Shown here: piece after piece, positions 37,362 through 49,194 of the stretch
Position numbering within the stretch: the stretch's first letter is position 1
How the letters are laid out: each line of letters begins with the position of its first letter
Assembly (NCBI GenBank): GCA_030834695.1
Contig: JAUQXK010000127.1
Span: forward strand, 70,827 to 134,826
DNA: 64,000 bases
Source: Desulfobacterales bacterium
GTDB taxonomy: Bacteria > Desulfobacterota > Desulfobacteria > Desulfobacterales > SpSt-501
Direction: 5' to 3'
Position numbers and translations under genes: made by a program
The notes under the pieces: model-generated
The model's input: only the letters and a program-made list of their open reading frames with translations
Told to the model about the DNA's origin: nothing
The model's database searches: none

Positions 37362-38023
37362 GAATAGAGTCCTTTGGTTTGGATGCAGTCGCACACGGCC
37401 GCAGGCGCCAGAAACCGAATCGAACGGCCCGCGTGCACCAGGCCCCGGATCCGGCTGCTGGAGATATCCAGGGCCGTCACGGCAAACAGGCTGACCCCCC
37501 GGATGCCGGTGCCTCTGAAAATGGCAGGGAACCCGGACACGGCCACATCCCTCGATACCCGGGACTGCAGGAAGCCTGCCAGCGCTTCGCCGCCGCGATC
37601 GGCCTTCGGCCCATCGCCGTCCGGCCGGGAGATGACGATTACCGAAACGAGCGACAAAAGCTCACGGAAGGATTTCCAGGTATCGATTTCCAGAAACGCA
37701 TCCAGCCCCATGATGAGGAAAATATCGGCCGTATCGGCGACCTCCCGATAAAAATGCCGAACCGTGTCGATGGTATAGGACGGGCCTTCGCGGCAGATCT
37801 CCACATCGGATGCCGTCAGGCCCGGTTCGCCTGCCACGGCCAGCTGGATCATGTGCAGTCGATCAGCCGCCGGAGCGACCCCTTCGCGGGTTTTGTGAGG
37901 CGGAATGGCGGCCGGGATGAGAAACACCCGGTCCAGCCCGAATCCCTCCCTCACTTCCAGGGCCGCCCGCAGGTGCCCGAAGTGAATCGGATCAAAAGTT
38001 CCGCCAAACAACCCGATGCGCAT
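37358..38023 (-). CDS. nadD: nicotinate-nucleotide adenylyltransferase
   Basis: MRIGLFGGTFDPIHFGH; ISSSRIR. Stop overlaps the rsfS start. Confidence 0.9.
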   Translation of the reverse strand: MRIGLFGGTFDPIHFGHLRAALEVREGFGLDRVFLIPAAIPPHKTREGVAPAADRLHMIQLAVAGEPGLTASDVEICREGPSYTIDTVRHFYREVADTADIFLIMGLDAFLEIDTWKSFRELLSLVSVIVISRPDGDGPKADRGGEALAGFLQSRVSRDVAVSGFPAIFRGTGIRGVSLFAVTALDISSSRIRGLVHAGRSIRFLAPAAVCDCIQTKGLYS

Positions 38024-38101
38024 AGTCGAATCCACCGCCTGGCGATTGCCGGACGGGCTCGCAAAAAAATCATCCTAACCGATGGCCGCTTTACGAAGCC
38101 A

Positions 38102-39357
38102 TCATTCCCTGACTTGGCCGCTGCCGAACACCACAAACTTGCTCGTGGTCAACTCCTCCAGTCCCATCGGACCGAAGGCATGCAGCTTCGAGGTGCTGAT
38201 CCCGATCTCGGCGCCGAGGCCGAGCTGGCCGCCGTCGTTGAAGCGGGTCGAGGCATTCACCAGCACCACGGAGGCGTCGACTTCGCGCACAAACCGCCGC
38301 GCCCGGTCATAGTCGTGCGTGACGATGGCCTCGGTATGATTCGATCCATAAGCGCCGATGTGGGCGATGGCTTCGTCCAGTCCGCCCACCACCCGCACCG
38401 CCAGAATCAGATCCAGGTATTCGGCCGACCAGTCCGCCTCGGAGGCTGGGACGGCGTCCGGCACCAGTCGCCGCGTCTGCTCACACCCCCGCAGCTGGAC
38501 CCCGGCCGCACGGAACCGCCGGGCCATCGCCGGCAGGAATCGCTCGGCCTCCGACCGGTGCACGAGCAAGGTTTCCATCGCGTTGCACACACCGGGTCGC
38601 TGGACCTTGGCATTGAAACACACCTCCTCGGCCATGGATAGGTCCGCGCCCTCGTCCACAAAGACATGGCAGACGCCCTTGTAATGCTTGAGCACGGGGA
38701 TTCGCGAGTGGGCCACCACGAACCGGATGAGCTCCTCGCCGCCGCGCGGGATGATCAGGTCGATGAATTCCTCCTGACGGAGCAGGGCGTTCACGGCTTC
38801 CCGGTCCTTCACGGGAATCACCTGCACGGCGGCCTCCGGAAGCCCGCTGTCCGCAAGGCTTCGGGCGATGACCGCCGCCAGAGCGCAGTTGGAGTGAAAG
38901 GCTTCGGACCCGCCGCGCAGGATCGCCGCATTGCCGGCTTTGAGGCACAGGCCGGCCGCGTCCACGGTGACATTGGGCCGTGACTCGTAGATGATCCCGA
39001 TCACGCCCAGCGGGATCCGCATGCGCGCGACCTGCAGGCCGTTGGGCCGGATCGAGGCGGGGCCCAGGCTGCCCACGGGGTCCGGCAGCTGCGCCACCTC
39101 CCGCAGCCCCTGGGCCATGGCGGCAAGGGTGGCGTCTTTCATGGCCAACCGGTCGAGCATGGCCGCCGAAAGGCCCGACGCGCGCGCCGCATCAAGATCC
39201 TTTCGATTCGCTTCCCGGATAACATCGGCCTGCTGGAGGATTCCATCCGCCATGCGTTCAAGCGCCGCGTTTTTTTGCGGAGCGGAACAGCATGCGATGG
39301 CCCGGGACGCCCGCCGGGCGGTCTGAGCCATCGCCGTTATGGTTTGTTCAATAGCCG

Positions 39358-39361
<4 letters not shown>
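38102..39361 (-). CDS. proA: glutamate-5-semialdehyde dehydrogenase
   Basis: ALDH fold with ProA motifs ([20 protein letters not shown]). Overlaps proB by 4 nt. Confidence 0.95.
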
Positions 39362-41760
<2,399 letters not shown>

Positions 41761-41780
41761 CTTTCTACTCCTTGGGCGGG

Positions 41781-41894
41781 TTCGTAGAAAGCCCAACTTC
41801 TGCGTTGCACGTCATCCCGCGCTCACGGCGGCGTACTCAAGCGCGCCTCGTTCAGCGGGATTCGTGCGCCTTGAAGTTGGCCTTTTTACGAATC
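41781..41894 (+). repeat. REP-like element (family 1 variant) inside the rplU-rpmA spacer
   Basis: TCGTAGAAAGCCCAACTTCTGC module, then GTCATCCCGCG...CAGCGGGATTCG hairpin and a TTTTTACGAATC tail. Plus orientation, although the operon is on the minus strand. Confidence 0.7.
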
Positions 41895-41921
41895 CGCCGG
41901 ATCGTTGACGAAAATAGTTCG

Positions 41922-42233
41922 TTATGCTTCGATGCCGTCGATGCGAATCGCAGTGTAGGGTTGACGATGGCCCTGTTTCCGGCGATAACGCTTACGGCGC
42001 TTGTACTTGAAAACGAGGATTTTCTTGGCCTTGTCCTGCTCGACGATGCTGGCCAGCACCGCTGCTTTTTCCAAAAGCGGCTGGCCCAGGCGGACGTTTT
42101 CGCCATCCGCCACCATGAGCACCTTGTCGAAGGTCACCTGGCTGCCGACCTCGCCGGGAATTTTCTCAATCCGCAGGGTCTCGCCCTTTTGGACTTTGTA
42201 TTGTTTTCCGCCTGTGTTTACGACCGCGTACAT
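41922..42233 (-). CDS. rplU: 50S ribosomal protein L21
   Basis: MYAVVNTGGKQYKVQKGETL. Confidence 0.95.
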   Translation of the reverse strand: MYAVVNTGGKQYKVQKGETLRIEKIPGEVGSQVTFDKVLMVADGENVRLGQPLLEKAAVLASIVEQDKAKKILVFKYKRRKRYRRKQGHRQPYTAIRIDGIEA

Positions 42234-42273
42234 CCGGAGGCCTCCTAAAAAATAGTATCATAAAAACCGGTAA

Positions 42274-42301
42274 ATATTAGATGATGCGAAAAAAATGTCA
42301 A
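42274..42301 (-). promoter_or_regulatory. sigma70 promoter of the rplU-rpmA-obg-proBA-nadD-rsfS operon
   Basis: On the minus strand: TTGACA, a 16-nt spacer, then TAATAT, about 40 nt upstream of the rplU ATG. Confidence 0.6.
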
Positions 42302-42416
42302 CAAAAAAATGGGTTGGCCTAAAACATGCCGGAAAAGGCCTCATTTTCCCTGGGGCTTGTCTTTGCCATCGGCCAGACCCTGTGCTTCCAACAACCTTTT
42401 AGGATCAGGAGGAATA

Positions 42417-43277
42417 GTGAACGCGTCCATCCCTCAGCCGGTCACTCTGTTCGACCGCAGTGGAACCACTTCCTTGGACGTAGAGTTGTTGGGAGAGGAG
42501 CCGCTGTCCATCCGGGTGGAAGGCAAGCCCTACGCGGTCATCATGCGCACGCCGGGAGAGGAAATCGCCCATGTCGCCGGGTTCTGCCTCGGCGAGGGCA
42601 TTATCGACTCACCGGCCGACTACGCCTCCATCGCCTACTGCGATGCTGAAAGCACCAACGTGGTCACGGTGACGCTGGACCCGTCTCGCCGGAAATCCAT
42701 CGGCGGGATTCTCGACCGCCGCAGTTACGTCAGCCAGACGAGCTGCGGGCTGTGCGGCAAGGAACTGGTCCAGGACCTCTATCAGGAGATCCGACCCATG
42801 CCGGCCGGCGCGGCCGTCCCTGTCTCCATGGCGCTCAGGGGGCTGGATTCCCTGTCCGTCCACCAGCCGCTCAGGAGCCGCACGCACGCCTCGCATGCCG
42901 CCTCTCTCTGGAATGCGCACGGCAATCTCGTTGCGGTGGCCGAAGACATCGGCCGCCACAACGCCCTGGACAAAGCCATCGGCAAGGCTTTCCTCGACGG
43001 CCGGCTTCCGCAGATCGCCTTCCTGATCATGTCTTCTCGAATCAGCTACGAACTCGTGCAGAAGGCCGCCCGCGCGCGGATTCCGGTCATTCTGTCCGTG
43101 TCCCGGCCGACCGGCTTGGCGGTTGAGCTGGCCGCTCGCCTCAACATGGGGATTGCCTGCCTGGCCCCCAGAGAAGGGGTATACGTGTTCTGCGGCCATG
43201 AACGGTTCCGGCTGGATGAGATATCACCTCGCCCGGACCAGCCGGAGCCAAATACGAAATTCGGGGCACGAAACTAG
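42417..43277 (+). CDS. fdhD: formate dehydrogenase accessory sulfurtransferase FdhD
   Basis: GTG 42417 follows a GGAGGA RBS. SCGLCGKE motif. GRHNALDKAIG. Confidence 0.85.
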   Translation: MNASIPQPVTLFDRSGTTSLDVELLGEEPLSIRVEGKPYAVIMRTPGEEIAHVAGFCLGEGIIDSPADYASIAYCDAESTNVVTVTLDPSRRKSIGGILDRRSYVSQTSCGLCGKELVQDLYQEIRPMPAGAAVPVSMALRGLDSLSVHQPLRSRTHASHAASLWNAHGNLVAVAEDIGRHNALDKAIGKAFLDGRLPQIAFLIMSSRISYELVQKAARARIPVILSVSRPTGLAVELAARLNMGIACLAPREGVYVFCGHERFRLDEISPRPDQPEPNTKFGARN

Positions 43278-43306
43278 AAACAATTTCGTATGTTCAAAAC
43301 GGATCC

Positions 43307-43325
43307 CGCCGGTCTCCGACCGGCG
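43307..43325. terminator. hairpin between convergent fdhD and the permease gene
   Basis: CGCCGGTC-TCC-GACCGGCG, a perfect 8-bp stem. No strong U tract on either side. Confidence 0.35.
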
Positions 43326-43338
43326 CTTCGGCGCATCC

Positions 43339-44502
43339 TCAGCCGGCTCCGCTGCACGGTGCCGCTGACGTCAGAGGGCTGACCGGCGGGGGAGTCGCCA
43401 GGGCAGCGGCTGCCGGAGGTTCGGTCGCCTTCTTTTTTTCAAGCAACGATTTCAGTTTCAGCGCGGTCGGCTTGATCGAAATGGCGACGATCAGCAGGGC
43501 CGCCACCCACTGCAGCCATCCCGGAATGATTTCCGCGGCCTGCCCGGCCGCGGCCCTGGCCGAAATTCCCATCGCCGCATAGGCCTGGTCCACCGCCCAG
43601 CCCATAAGAACCGAACAAACCGCGATGGCCGACAGATAGATGACGACCGCCCGTTTGCCCAAGGTTCCAACCAGCACGGTTATCGCTGCCATATTCGTCG
43701 CCGGACCCGCGAGCAGAAACACCAGGGCGACGCCCGGGCTCACCCCTTTCAGGATCAGGGCTGCGGCGATGGGCGTCGAGGCCGTGGCGCAGATGTAAAG
43801 CGGAATGCCCACCGCCAGCATCAGCAACATGGCCGGCAGGCCCGATCCCAGGTGGCGGCTGAAAAAATCGTCGGGGATGAGGACCGTGATCAGGCCGGCC
43901 AGCAGAAGTCCGAAGAAGAACCATGGCGCGATGTCGCCCCACAGGTCGGTGGCGGCAAATCGGAGCCCGGCCCGCAGCTTCTCGTGGAACCTGTGATGGT
44001 TCCGGTGAACCTGGGGATCGCAGTTGAGGCCGTCGCAGCATCCGTCCACCGGGCAGGTCAGGTCCGGGGCCACCGGCGCCGCGTCCTTGCGATAGCCGAA
44101 GAGATTTTCGGTGATCCCCGCCGCGAAAGCGGTCAAAAAGGCCGAGACGGGCCGCGCCACGGTCATGACCGGATCCATCATGGCGTATGTCACGGCGATC
44201 GAGTCCACTCCCGATTCCGGAGTAGAAATCAAAAAGGCAGTGGTGGCGCCCTTGGTGGCGCCTTGTTTACGCAGCGACACGGCTGCGGGCAGCACTCCGC
44301 ATGATCAGAGCGGGATCGGCACACCGATCAGGGCTGCCTTGAACACCGACGAAAAGCGGCCCCTGCCCAGGTGCTGGGCGATGGAGTTCGGATTGAGAAA
44401 CACCCGGAAAAGCCCGCTTACCAGAAGACCGAAAAGAATGTACACTGCGGCATCCAGCAGCAGATGCCGGGATTCGCTCAGCACCTCAACGATGAATTCC
44501 AT
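43339..44502 (-). CDS. COG0701/DUF318 (ArsP / SO_0444-like) metal(loid) permease; candidate selenoprotein with in-frame TGA at 44305-44307
   Basis: Two same-frame ORFs (44305-44502 and 43339-44295) are interrupted only by one TGA. The joined sequence reads ALIGVPIPL-[TGA]-SCGVLPAAVSLRKQGATKGATTAFLISTPESGVD. It has a Cys/His-rich loop CPVDGCCDGLNCDPQVHRNHHRFH and an ArsR gene upstream. Confidence 0.6.
44270..44287 (-). other. SECIS-like hairpin downstream of the in-frame UGA
   Basis: RNA CGCAGC-CGUGUC-GCUGCG (6-bp stem, GU in the loop) starts 17 nt after the UGA. Confidence 0.35.
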
Positions 44503-44530
44503 GACGAAGTCCTCTTGAAGATGTCGTCTT

Positions 44531-44643
44531 TGTTGCTTCTGCAGTTATTAACCGTCTCATAACAACCCTTAGGTTGTCATTCCGGCGGAAGCCGGAATCC
44601 AGTGGCTTTCTAGATGCCGGATCCAGTCCGGCATGACGGTACT
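44531..44643 (+). repeat. REP-like element, family 1 type B
   Basis: TGCTTCTGCAGTTATTAACCGTCTCATAA module, then GTCATTCCGGCGGAAGCCGGAATCCAG, then GATGCCGGATCCAGTCCGGCATGACGGTAC. Confidence 0.85.
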
Positions 44644-44672
44644 AGTTCTGGGCAGGTAATAATTCGGAAAAC

Positions 44673-45050
44673 CTATTTTTCACGGATGTGCCGCAGTCCG
44701 ATGTCGAGCAGCAGCACCACGTGCTTGTCATCCAACGCATAGTAGACGACCTGGCCGTCCCGCCGGCTGCGCACCAGGGATAGGTCCTTGAGCCGGCGCA
44801 GTTGGTGCGAAACGGCCGATTCGCTGATGCCGGTCAGCGCCGCCAGATCGCAGACGCACATCTCGTCCCGGCGCAATGCCATGAGAATCTTCAGCCGGCT
44901 CGGATCCCCGAGGACCCGATAGATCATGGATAGCGCTGCCAGCTCGTGATCCGGGGATGCCTCGCGGCAGGCGCTTCTCACCCGCTCGGGATGAACGATC
45001 CTCAGCCGGTTGACGGCGTCCTGCTTTTCAATAGGGTCTGGCTGGGGCAT
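44673..45050 (-). CDS. ArsR/SmtB-family metalloregulator
   Basis: wHTH (LGDPSRLKILMAL...CVCDLAALTGISESAVSHQLRRL) with a CVC metal site. Start moved to ATG 45048-45050 (CAGAGG RBS) because the longer ORF runs through the operator palindrome. Confidence 0.85.
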   Translation of the reverse strand: MPQPDPIEKQDAVNRLRIVHPERVRSACREASPDHELAALSMIYRVLGDPSRLKILMALRRDEMCVCDLAALTGISESAVSHQLRRLKDLSLVRSRRDGQVVYYALDDKHVVLLLDIGLRHIREK

Positions 45051-45058
45051 AGCGCCTC

Positions 45059-45088
45059 TGTATGAATATTTGAGCATATGTTCATACA
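45059..45088. promoter_or_regulatory. ArsR/SmtB-type operator palindrome
   Basis: TGTATGAATAT-TTGAGC-ATATGTTCATACA, an imperfect 11-12-nt inverted repeat with TGAA/TTCA cores, immediately upstream of the arsR start. Confidence 0.5.
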
Positions 45089-45125
45089 TAAGGCCACCCG
45101 CAAGGGTGTCAACCCCACGCGGCGT

Positions 45126-45158
45126 TTAACCATAATCTAACCGGGTCCTAACCGTGTG
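45126..45158 (+). promoter_or_regulatory. three phased direct repeats TTAACC / CTAACC / CTAACC (11-bp period), Pho-box-like
   Basis: Hexamers start at 45126, 45137 and 45148. They are oriented toward phoB (ATG 45421). Confidence 0.5.
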
Positions 45159-45248
45159 CCAATCATAGACAAATAAATTGATCGTTGTTTGAAATACCGC
45201 TAAGCTGGTCATCGCTGTTCTGGGCGTTTTTCGCATCATGATGATTTT

Positions 45249-45368
45249 ATTGCTTCGGCAGTTAATTAGGCCAAAATTCGTCCTTCCGGCGAACCCTGGA
45301 TCAGATCCAGGGCAAGCCCCGGAATCCAGGCCGAAAGTGGATGCCGGATCAAGTCCAGCATGACGGCA
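45249..45368 (+). repeat. REP-like element, family 1 type B (degenerate)
   Basis: TTGCTTCGGCAGTTAATTAGG module ... CCCCGGAATCCAGG ... GGATGCCGGATCAAGTCCAGCATGACGGCA. Confidence 0.7.
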
Positions 45369-45420
45369 TTTGCGTATACAGCTGCCTGTACAACAATCAA
45401 CCCCGGCAGGAAGAAATCAT

Positions 45421-46113
45421 ATGGCTAAAGAGCGCATTCTGGTCGTTGACGACGAAGAAGATATCTTGGAGTTGATCCGCTTTCATCTATCGCGTGAAGG
45501 TTATCAGCTGGTGCTGGCGGCTACCGGCGAGGAAGCCCTGAAGAAGGCCGGCCGGGAGGCGTTCGACCTGGTTGTGTTGGACTTGATGCTGCCCGGCCTG
45601 GACGGGTTGGAAGTGGCCAAAGCTTTGAAGGCGGAAACCAGGACCAGGACCCTGCCGATCATCATGCTCACGGCCAAGGGCGAGGATGCGGATATCGTCA
45701 GCGGCCTGGAAATCGGGGCGGACGACTATATCACCAAACCCTTCAGCCCGCGGGTGCTGACCGCGCGCGTCAAGGCGGTGTTGCGGCGGCGTTCCCGCGC
45801 AGGGGTAGACGACACCCGGGTTATTGTGATCCACGAACTCGAGATCCATCCCGGACGCCGCACCGTGCTCGCCGGCGGCAATGCCTTGGACCTGACGTTC
45901 ACGGAGTTCCAGCTGCTTTGCGTGCTGGCGCGCCGGCCCGGCTGGGTGTTCACGCGCTCGCAGATCGTCGATGCCGTGCGCGGCAGCGACTACCCGGTCA
46001 CCGACCGCAGCGTCGATGTCCAGGTGGTCGGCCTTCGAAAAAAATTGGGAGAGCACGGGCATTACATCGAAACCGTGCGCGGGGTCGGTTATCGCTTCAG
46101 GGAAACGGCATGA
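45421..46113 (+). CDS. phoB: PhoB-type response regulator
   Basis: ILVVDDEEDI; LDLMLPGLDG; LTAKG; VRGVGYRF. Adjacent to a PAS histidine kinase and the pst genes. Confidence 0.75.
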   Translation: MAKERILVVDDEEDILELIRFHLSREGYQLVLAATGEEALKKAGREAFDLVVLDLMLPGLDGLEVAKALKAETRTRTLPIIMLTAKGEDADIVSGLEIGADDYITKPFSPRVLTARVKAVLRRRSRAGVDDTRVIVIHELEIHPGRRTVLAGGNALDLTFTEFQLLCVLARRPGWVFTRSQIVDAVRGSDYPVTDRSVDVQVVGLRKKLGEHGHYIETVRGVGYRFRETA

Positions 46114-47903
46114 AGAAGCGCAAAAAATTCATCTGGCGCCTGTTCTTCTCCTATATCTTTATTGCGATCGGCGCCCTGTTGGCGGCCGGGTGGTATTTCG
46201 TGCATTCGCTGGACGCGTTTCTCCATGACTTGGTCGTGGTCGAGCTTTCCGAACGCGCCGTTCTGCTCCAAAACCAGGTCCTTCCCCACCTGGATCCGCT
46301 GGATCCGGCGGCCGTCGACGCCATCTGCAAGCAGTCCGGCAAAGCCTCGGAAACACGCTTCACCGTCATTCTGCCCTCCGGCGCCGTCATCGGCGATACA
46401 TGGGAGAGCCCCCCAAACATGGACAACCACGGAGGCCGGCCGGAGATTGCCGGTGCCCTGGCAAGCGGCCAGGCAGCGTCGAAGCGCTTCAGCAACACTC
46501 TCCAGCAGAACGTCGTCTATGCAGCGGTTGCCGTCCGGAAGGAGTCCCGGACGATCGGCGTGGTGCGGGCGTCCATTCCGCTGGCGCGCATGGAAAAGCA
46601 GCTTGCACGAATCCGTGGCGAATTCTGGGGCATCGGCGGATTCGTGGCCCTCCTGGCGTTGGGGGTGACCTTCGCCATCTCCCGGCAATACGGCCGGAAG
46701 ATGCAGGAGCTCAAACAAAGCGCCGCACGCCTGGCCGAGGGCGAACTCGCGCACCGCCTGGCGATTCCCGATTCCGATGAGCTGGCCGGCCTGGCCGAAT
46801 CCCTGAACCGAATGGCGGCTCAGCTGGAAAACCGCATGCAAACCGTCGTCAGCCAGCGCAACCAGATGGAAGCCGTGCTTTCGAGTATGCTCGAGGGCGT
46901 CATCGCGGTCAGCCGCGACGAGCGCATCCTCAGCATCAATCAGGCCGCCGCCCGATGGTTCGAACTCGATCCTGAAAAAGTCCGCGACCGCAGCATCCCG
47001 GAAGCGATCCGCAACCTGGCCATCCAGAAGTTCGTCACGCGGTCCCTGAAAAGCCGCGCCCCGGTGGAGGACGATGTCGCGGTTTACCGCAGCGGCGAAC
47101 GCATCCTGAACATCAAGAGCGCGCCGCTGCTCGACGTGGGGCCGGAGCCGATCGGCATCCTCATCGTCTTCAGCGATGTGACCCAGCTGCGCCGCCTGGA
47201 AGACATGCGCCGGGAGTTTGTGGCCAACGTTTCCCATGAAATTAGAACCCCCCTGACGGCGATCAAGGGGTTTGTAGAAACGCTTTGCCACAACATCGTC
47301 GAAACTCCGGAGGAGGCCCGGCGGTTTCTCGGCATCATCGCCAAGCACGTGGACCGGCTGAACACCATTATCGAAGACCTGCTGATGCTCTCACGGATTG
47401 AAACCGAGGGGGAGCGCGGCGCCATCCAGCGCGAAACGACCCGTTTGCGGGACATTTTCCAGAACGCCGTGCAGATCTGCCGGCCGCAGGCCGACGAAAA
47501 ACGCATCCGGATCGAACTCGCAGGGGACGAGGGGCTTGAGGCGACGGTCGACCCGGTCCTTCTGGAACAGGCCGTCGTCAACCTCTTGGACAATGCCGTC
47601 AAGTACAGTGATTCCGAAAAAACCGTCCGGGTCCTGGCCCGAGCCGTCGACGATGAAATCCAGATCCAGGTGCAGGACCACGGGATCGGCATCGAGGAAA
47701 AGCACCGGCCGCGGCTGTTCGAGCGCTTTTACCGGGTCGACAAGGCCCGCAGCCGGGCACAGGGAGGCACGGGGCTGGGCCTGGCTATCGTCAAGCACAT
47801 CGCCCAGGCCCACGGCGGCCATGTCACGGTGGAAAGCCGGCTGGGTGAAGGCAGCCGGTTCACCATCCACCTCCCGCGCGGCCCGGAGCATGTCTCGTCT
47901 TAG
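46110..47903 (+). CDS. phoR: PhoR-type sensor histidine kinase (TM-HAMP-PAS-HisKA-HATPase)
   Basis: ATG overlaps the phoB stop (ATGA). H-box NVSHEIRTPLT. NLLDNAVKY; DHGIGI; GGTGLGLAIV. Confidence 0.75.
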   Translation: MKKRKKFIWRLFFSYIFIAIGALLAAGWYFVHSLDAFLHDLVVVELSERAVLLQNQVLPHLDPLDPAAVDAICKQSGKASETRFTVILPSGAVIGDTWESPPNMDNHGGRPEIAGALASGQAASKRFSNTLQQNVVYAAVAVRKESRTIGVVRASIPLARMEKQLARIRGEFWGIGGFVALLALGVTFAISRQYGRKMQELKQSAARLAEGELAHRLAIPDSDELAGLAESLNRMAAQLENRMQTVVSQRNQMEAVLSSMLEGVIAVSRDERILSINQAAARWFELDPEKVRDRSIPEAIRNLAIQKFVTRSLKSRAPVEDDVAVYRSGERILNIKSAPLLDVGPEPIGILIVFSDVTQLRRLEDMRREFVANVSHEIRTPLTAIKGFVETLCHNIVETPEEARRFLGIIAKHVDRLNTIIEDLLMLSRIETEGERGAIQRETTRLRDIFQNAVQICRPQADEKRIRIELAGDEGLEATVDPVLLEQAVVNLLDNAVKYSDSEKTVRVLARAVDDEIQIQVQDHGIGIEEKHRPRLFERFYRVDKARSRAQGGTGLGLAIVKHIAQAHGGHVTVESRLGEGSRFTIHLPRGPEHVSS

Positions 47904-47911
47904 GCCTGCGG

Positions 47912-49024
47912 CTAAAAACGGCAGCAGGGCTGGCAAGCACCGTATTTGGTTAGCACGATCTGCCACACCTGGTTGCTGCGCGCCCGAAATGCGCCGGCGC
48001 AGGAAAGCAGGTAGTACTCCCACATCCGCTTGAACTTCTCGTCGTATCTCACCTGGAGCCCGGGCCATGCCTTCTGGAAATTGCTGTTCCAGGCCATGAG
48101 GGTCTGGTCGTAGTGCGGCCCCAAATTGTGCCAGTCTTCCACCGCAAACAGCCCCTCGATGGATCGGCTGATCTGGGCGATGCTGGGCAGCATGCCGTTG
48201 GGGAAGATGTACTTGGTGATCCAGGGGTCGCACATGCGGGTGGATTCGTTTCCGCCGATGGTGTGCAACAAAAATATGCCGTTGTCGTTCAGGCAGCGGT
48301 GTACGACCCGCATGAACGTCCGGTAATTTTTCCATCCGACATGCTCGAACATGCCGACCGAAACGATTTTATCGAATCGCCCCTGGAGCTCCCGGTAGTC
48401 GCACTCCAGAAAGCGCACGGGCAAGCCTCTGCAGAATTCGGCGGCGTACTGGATCTGCTCGCTCGAAATGTTGACGGCGGTCACTGTGCAGCCATAGATC
48501 TCTGCCGCGTATTTCGCAAACCCTCCCCAACCGCAGCCAATGTCCAGGACGCGGTCTGTTCGGGCCAGCGCCGTTTTACGGCAGATCAGATCGAGCTTTT
48601 TCTGCTGGGCTTGGTCCAAGTCGGCGGTGCCTTCGAAGTAGGCGCAGCTATACTGGTTGTAGGAGTCGAGAAATGAAAGGAACAGGTCGTTGTCGAGCTC
48701 GTAGTGGCGTTTGGCAACGATGCGCGCGCGCGCTTTCGACTGGAGGTTCAACAGGAGGCCGGGCAGCAGCAGTGGAAGGTATTTCACCCCCCCTTTTAAA
48801 GACACATCCAGCTGCGATCTCAGGATGCGGCATATGAATTCATCCGTCCGGCTGCAGTCCCACCACCCGTCCATGTATGCTTCGCCGAGCCCCAGATTCT
48901 TCTCCCGCAGGGCGCGTGCGAAAAAGCGCTCGTCGTGGACGGTGATGTCCCAAGGGTTCGTCCCGCCGATGGCCACCCCGGCCCGGGAAAGCAGGTTTTC
49001 GACCATCTGCCGGTGACGGGTCAT
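47912..49024 (-). CDS. cfa: cyclopropane-fatty-acyl-phospholipid synthase
   Basis: HYELDNDLFLSFLD; SAM motif VLDIGCGWGG; GAAGGAGG RBS. Confidence 0.9.
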   Translation of the reverse strand: MTRHRQMVENLLSRAGVAIGGTNPWDITVHDERFFARALREKNLGLGEAYMDGWWDCSRTDEFICRILRSQLDVSLKGGVKYLPLLLPGLLLNLQSKARARIVAKRHYELDNDLFLSFLDSYNQYSCAYFEGTADLDQAQQKKLDLICRKTALARTDRVLDIGCGWGGFAKYAAEIYGCTVTAVNISSEQIQYAAEFCRGLPVRFLECDYRELQGRFDKIVSVGMFEHVGWKNYRTFMRVVHRCLNDNGIFLLHTIGGNESTRMCDPWITKYIFPNGMLPSIAQISRSIEGLFAVEDWHNLGPHYDQTLMAWNSNFQKAWPGLQVRYDEKFKRMWEYYLLSCAGAFRARSNQVWQIVLTKYGACQPCCRF

Positions 49025-49194
49025 GTGGCACCTCCTTCATTCTGCGGAACCAAAAACAATGAGGGTTCCTCCAGCAATAAGGAAAATCAGCCGTTGTTTT
49101 CAAAGTCACCGAATCGTTGAGCAGATTGCTTTCGAGGGAAGAAAGATCGTGTGTGCCGTATTATCTCGCCGAACCAACAGCAGATCAAGTGGCT

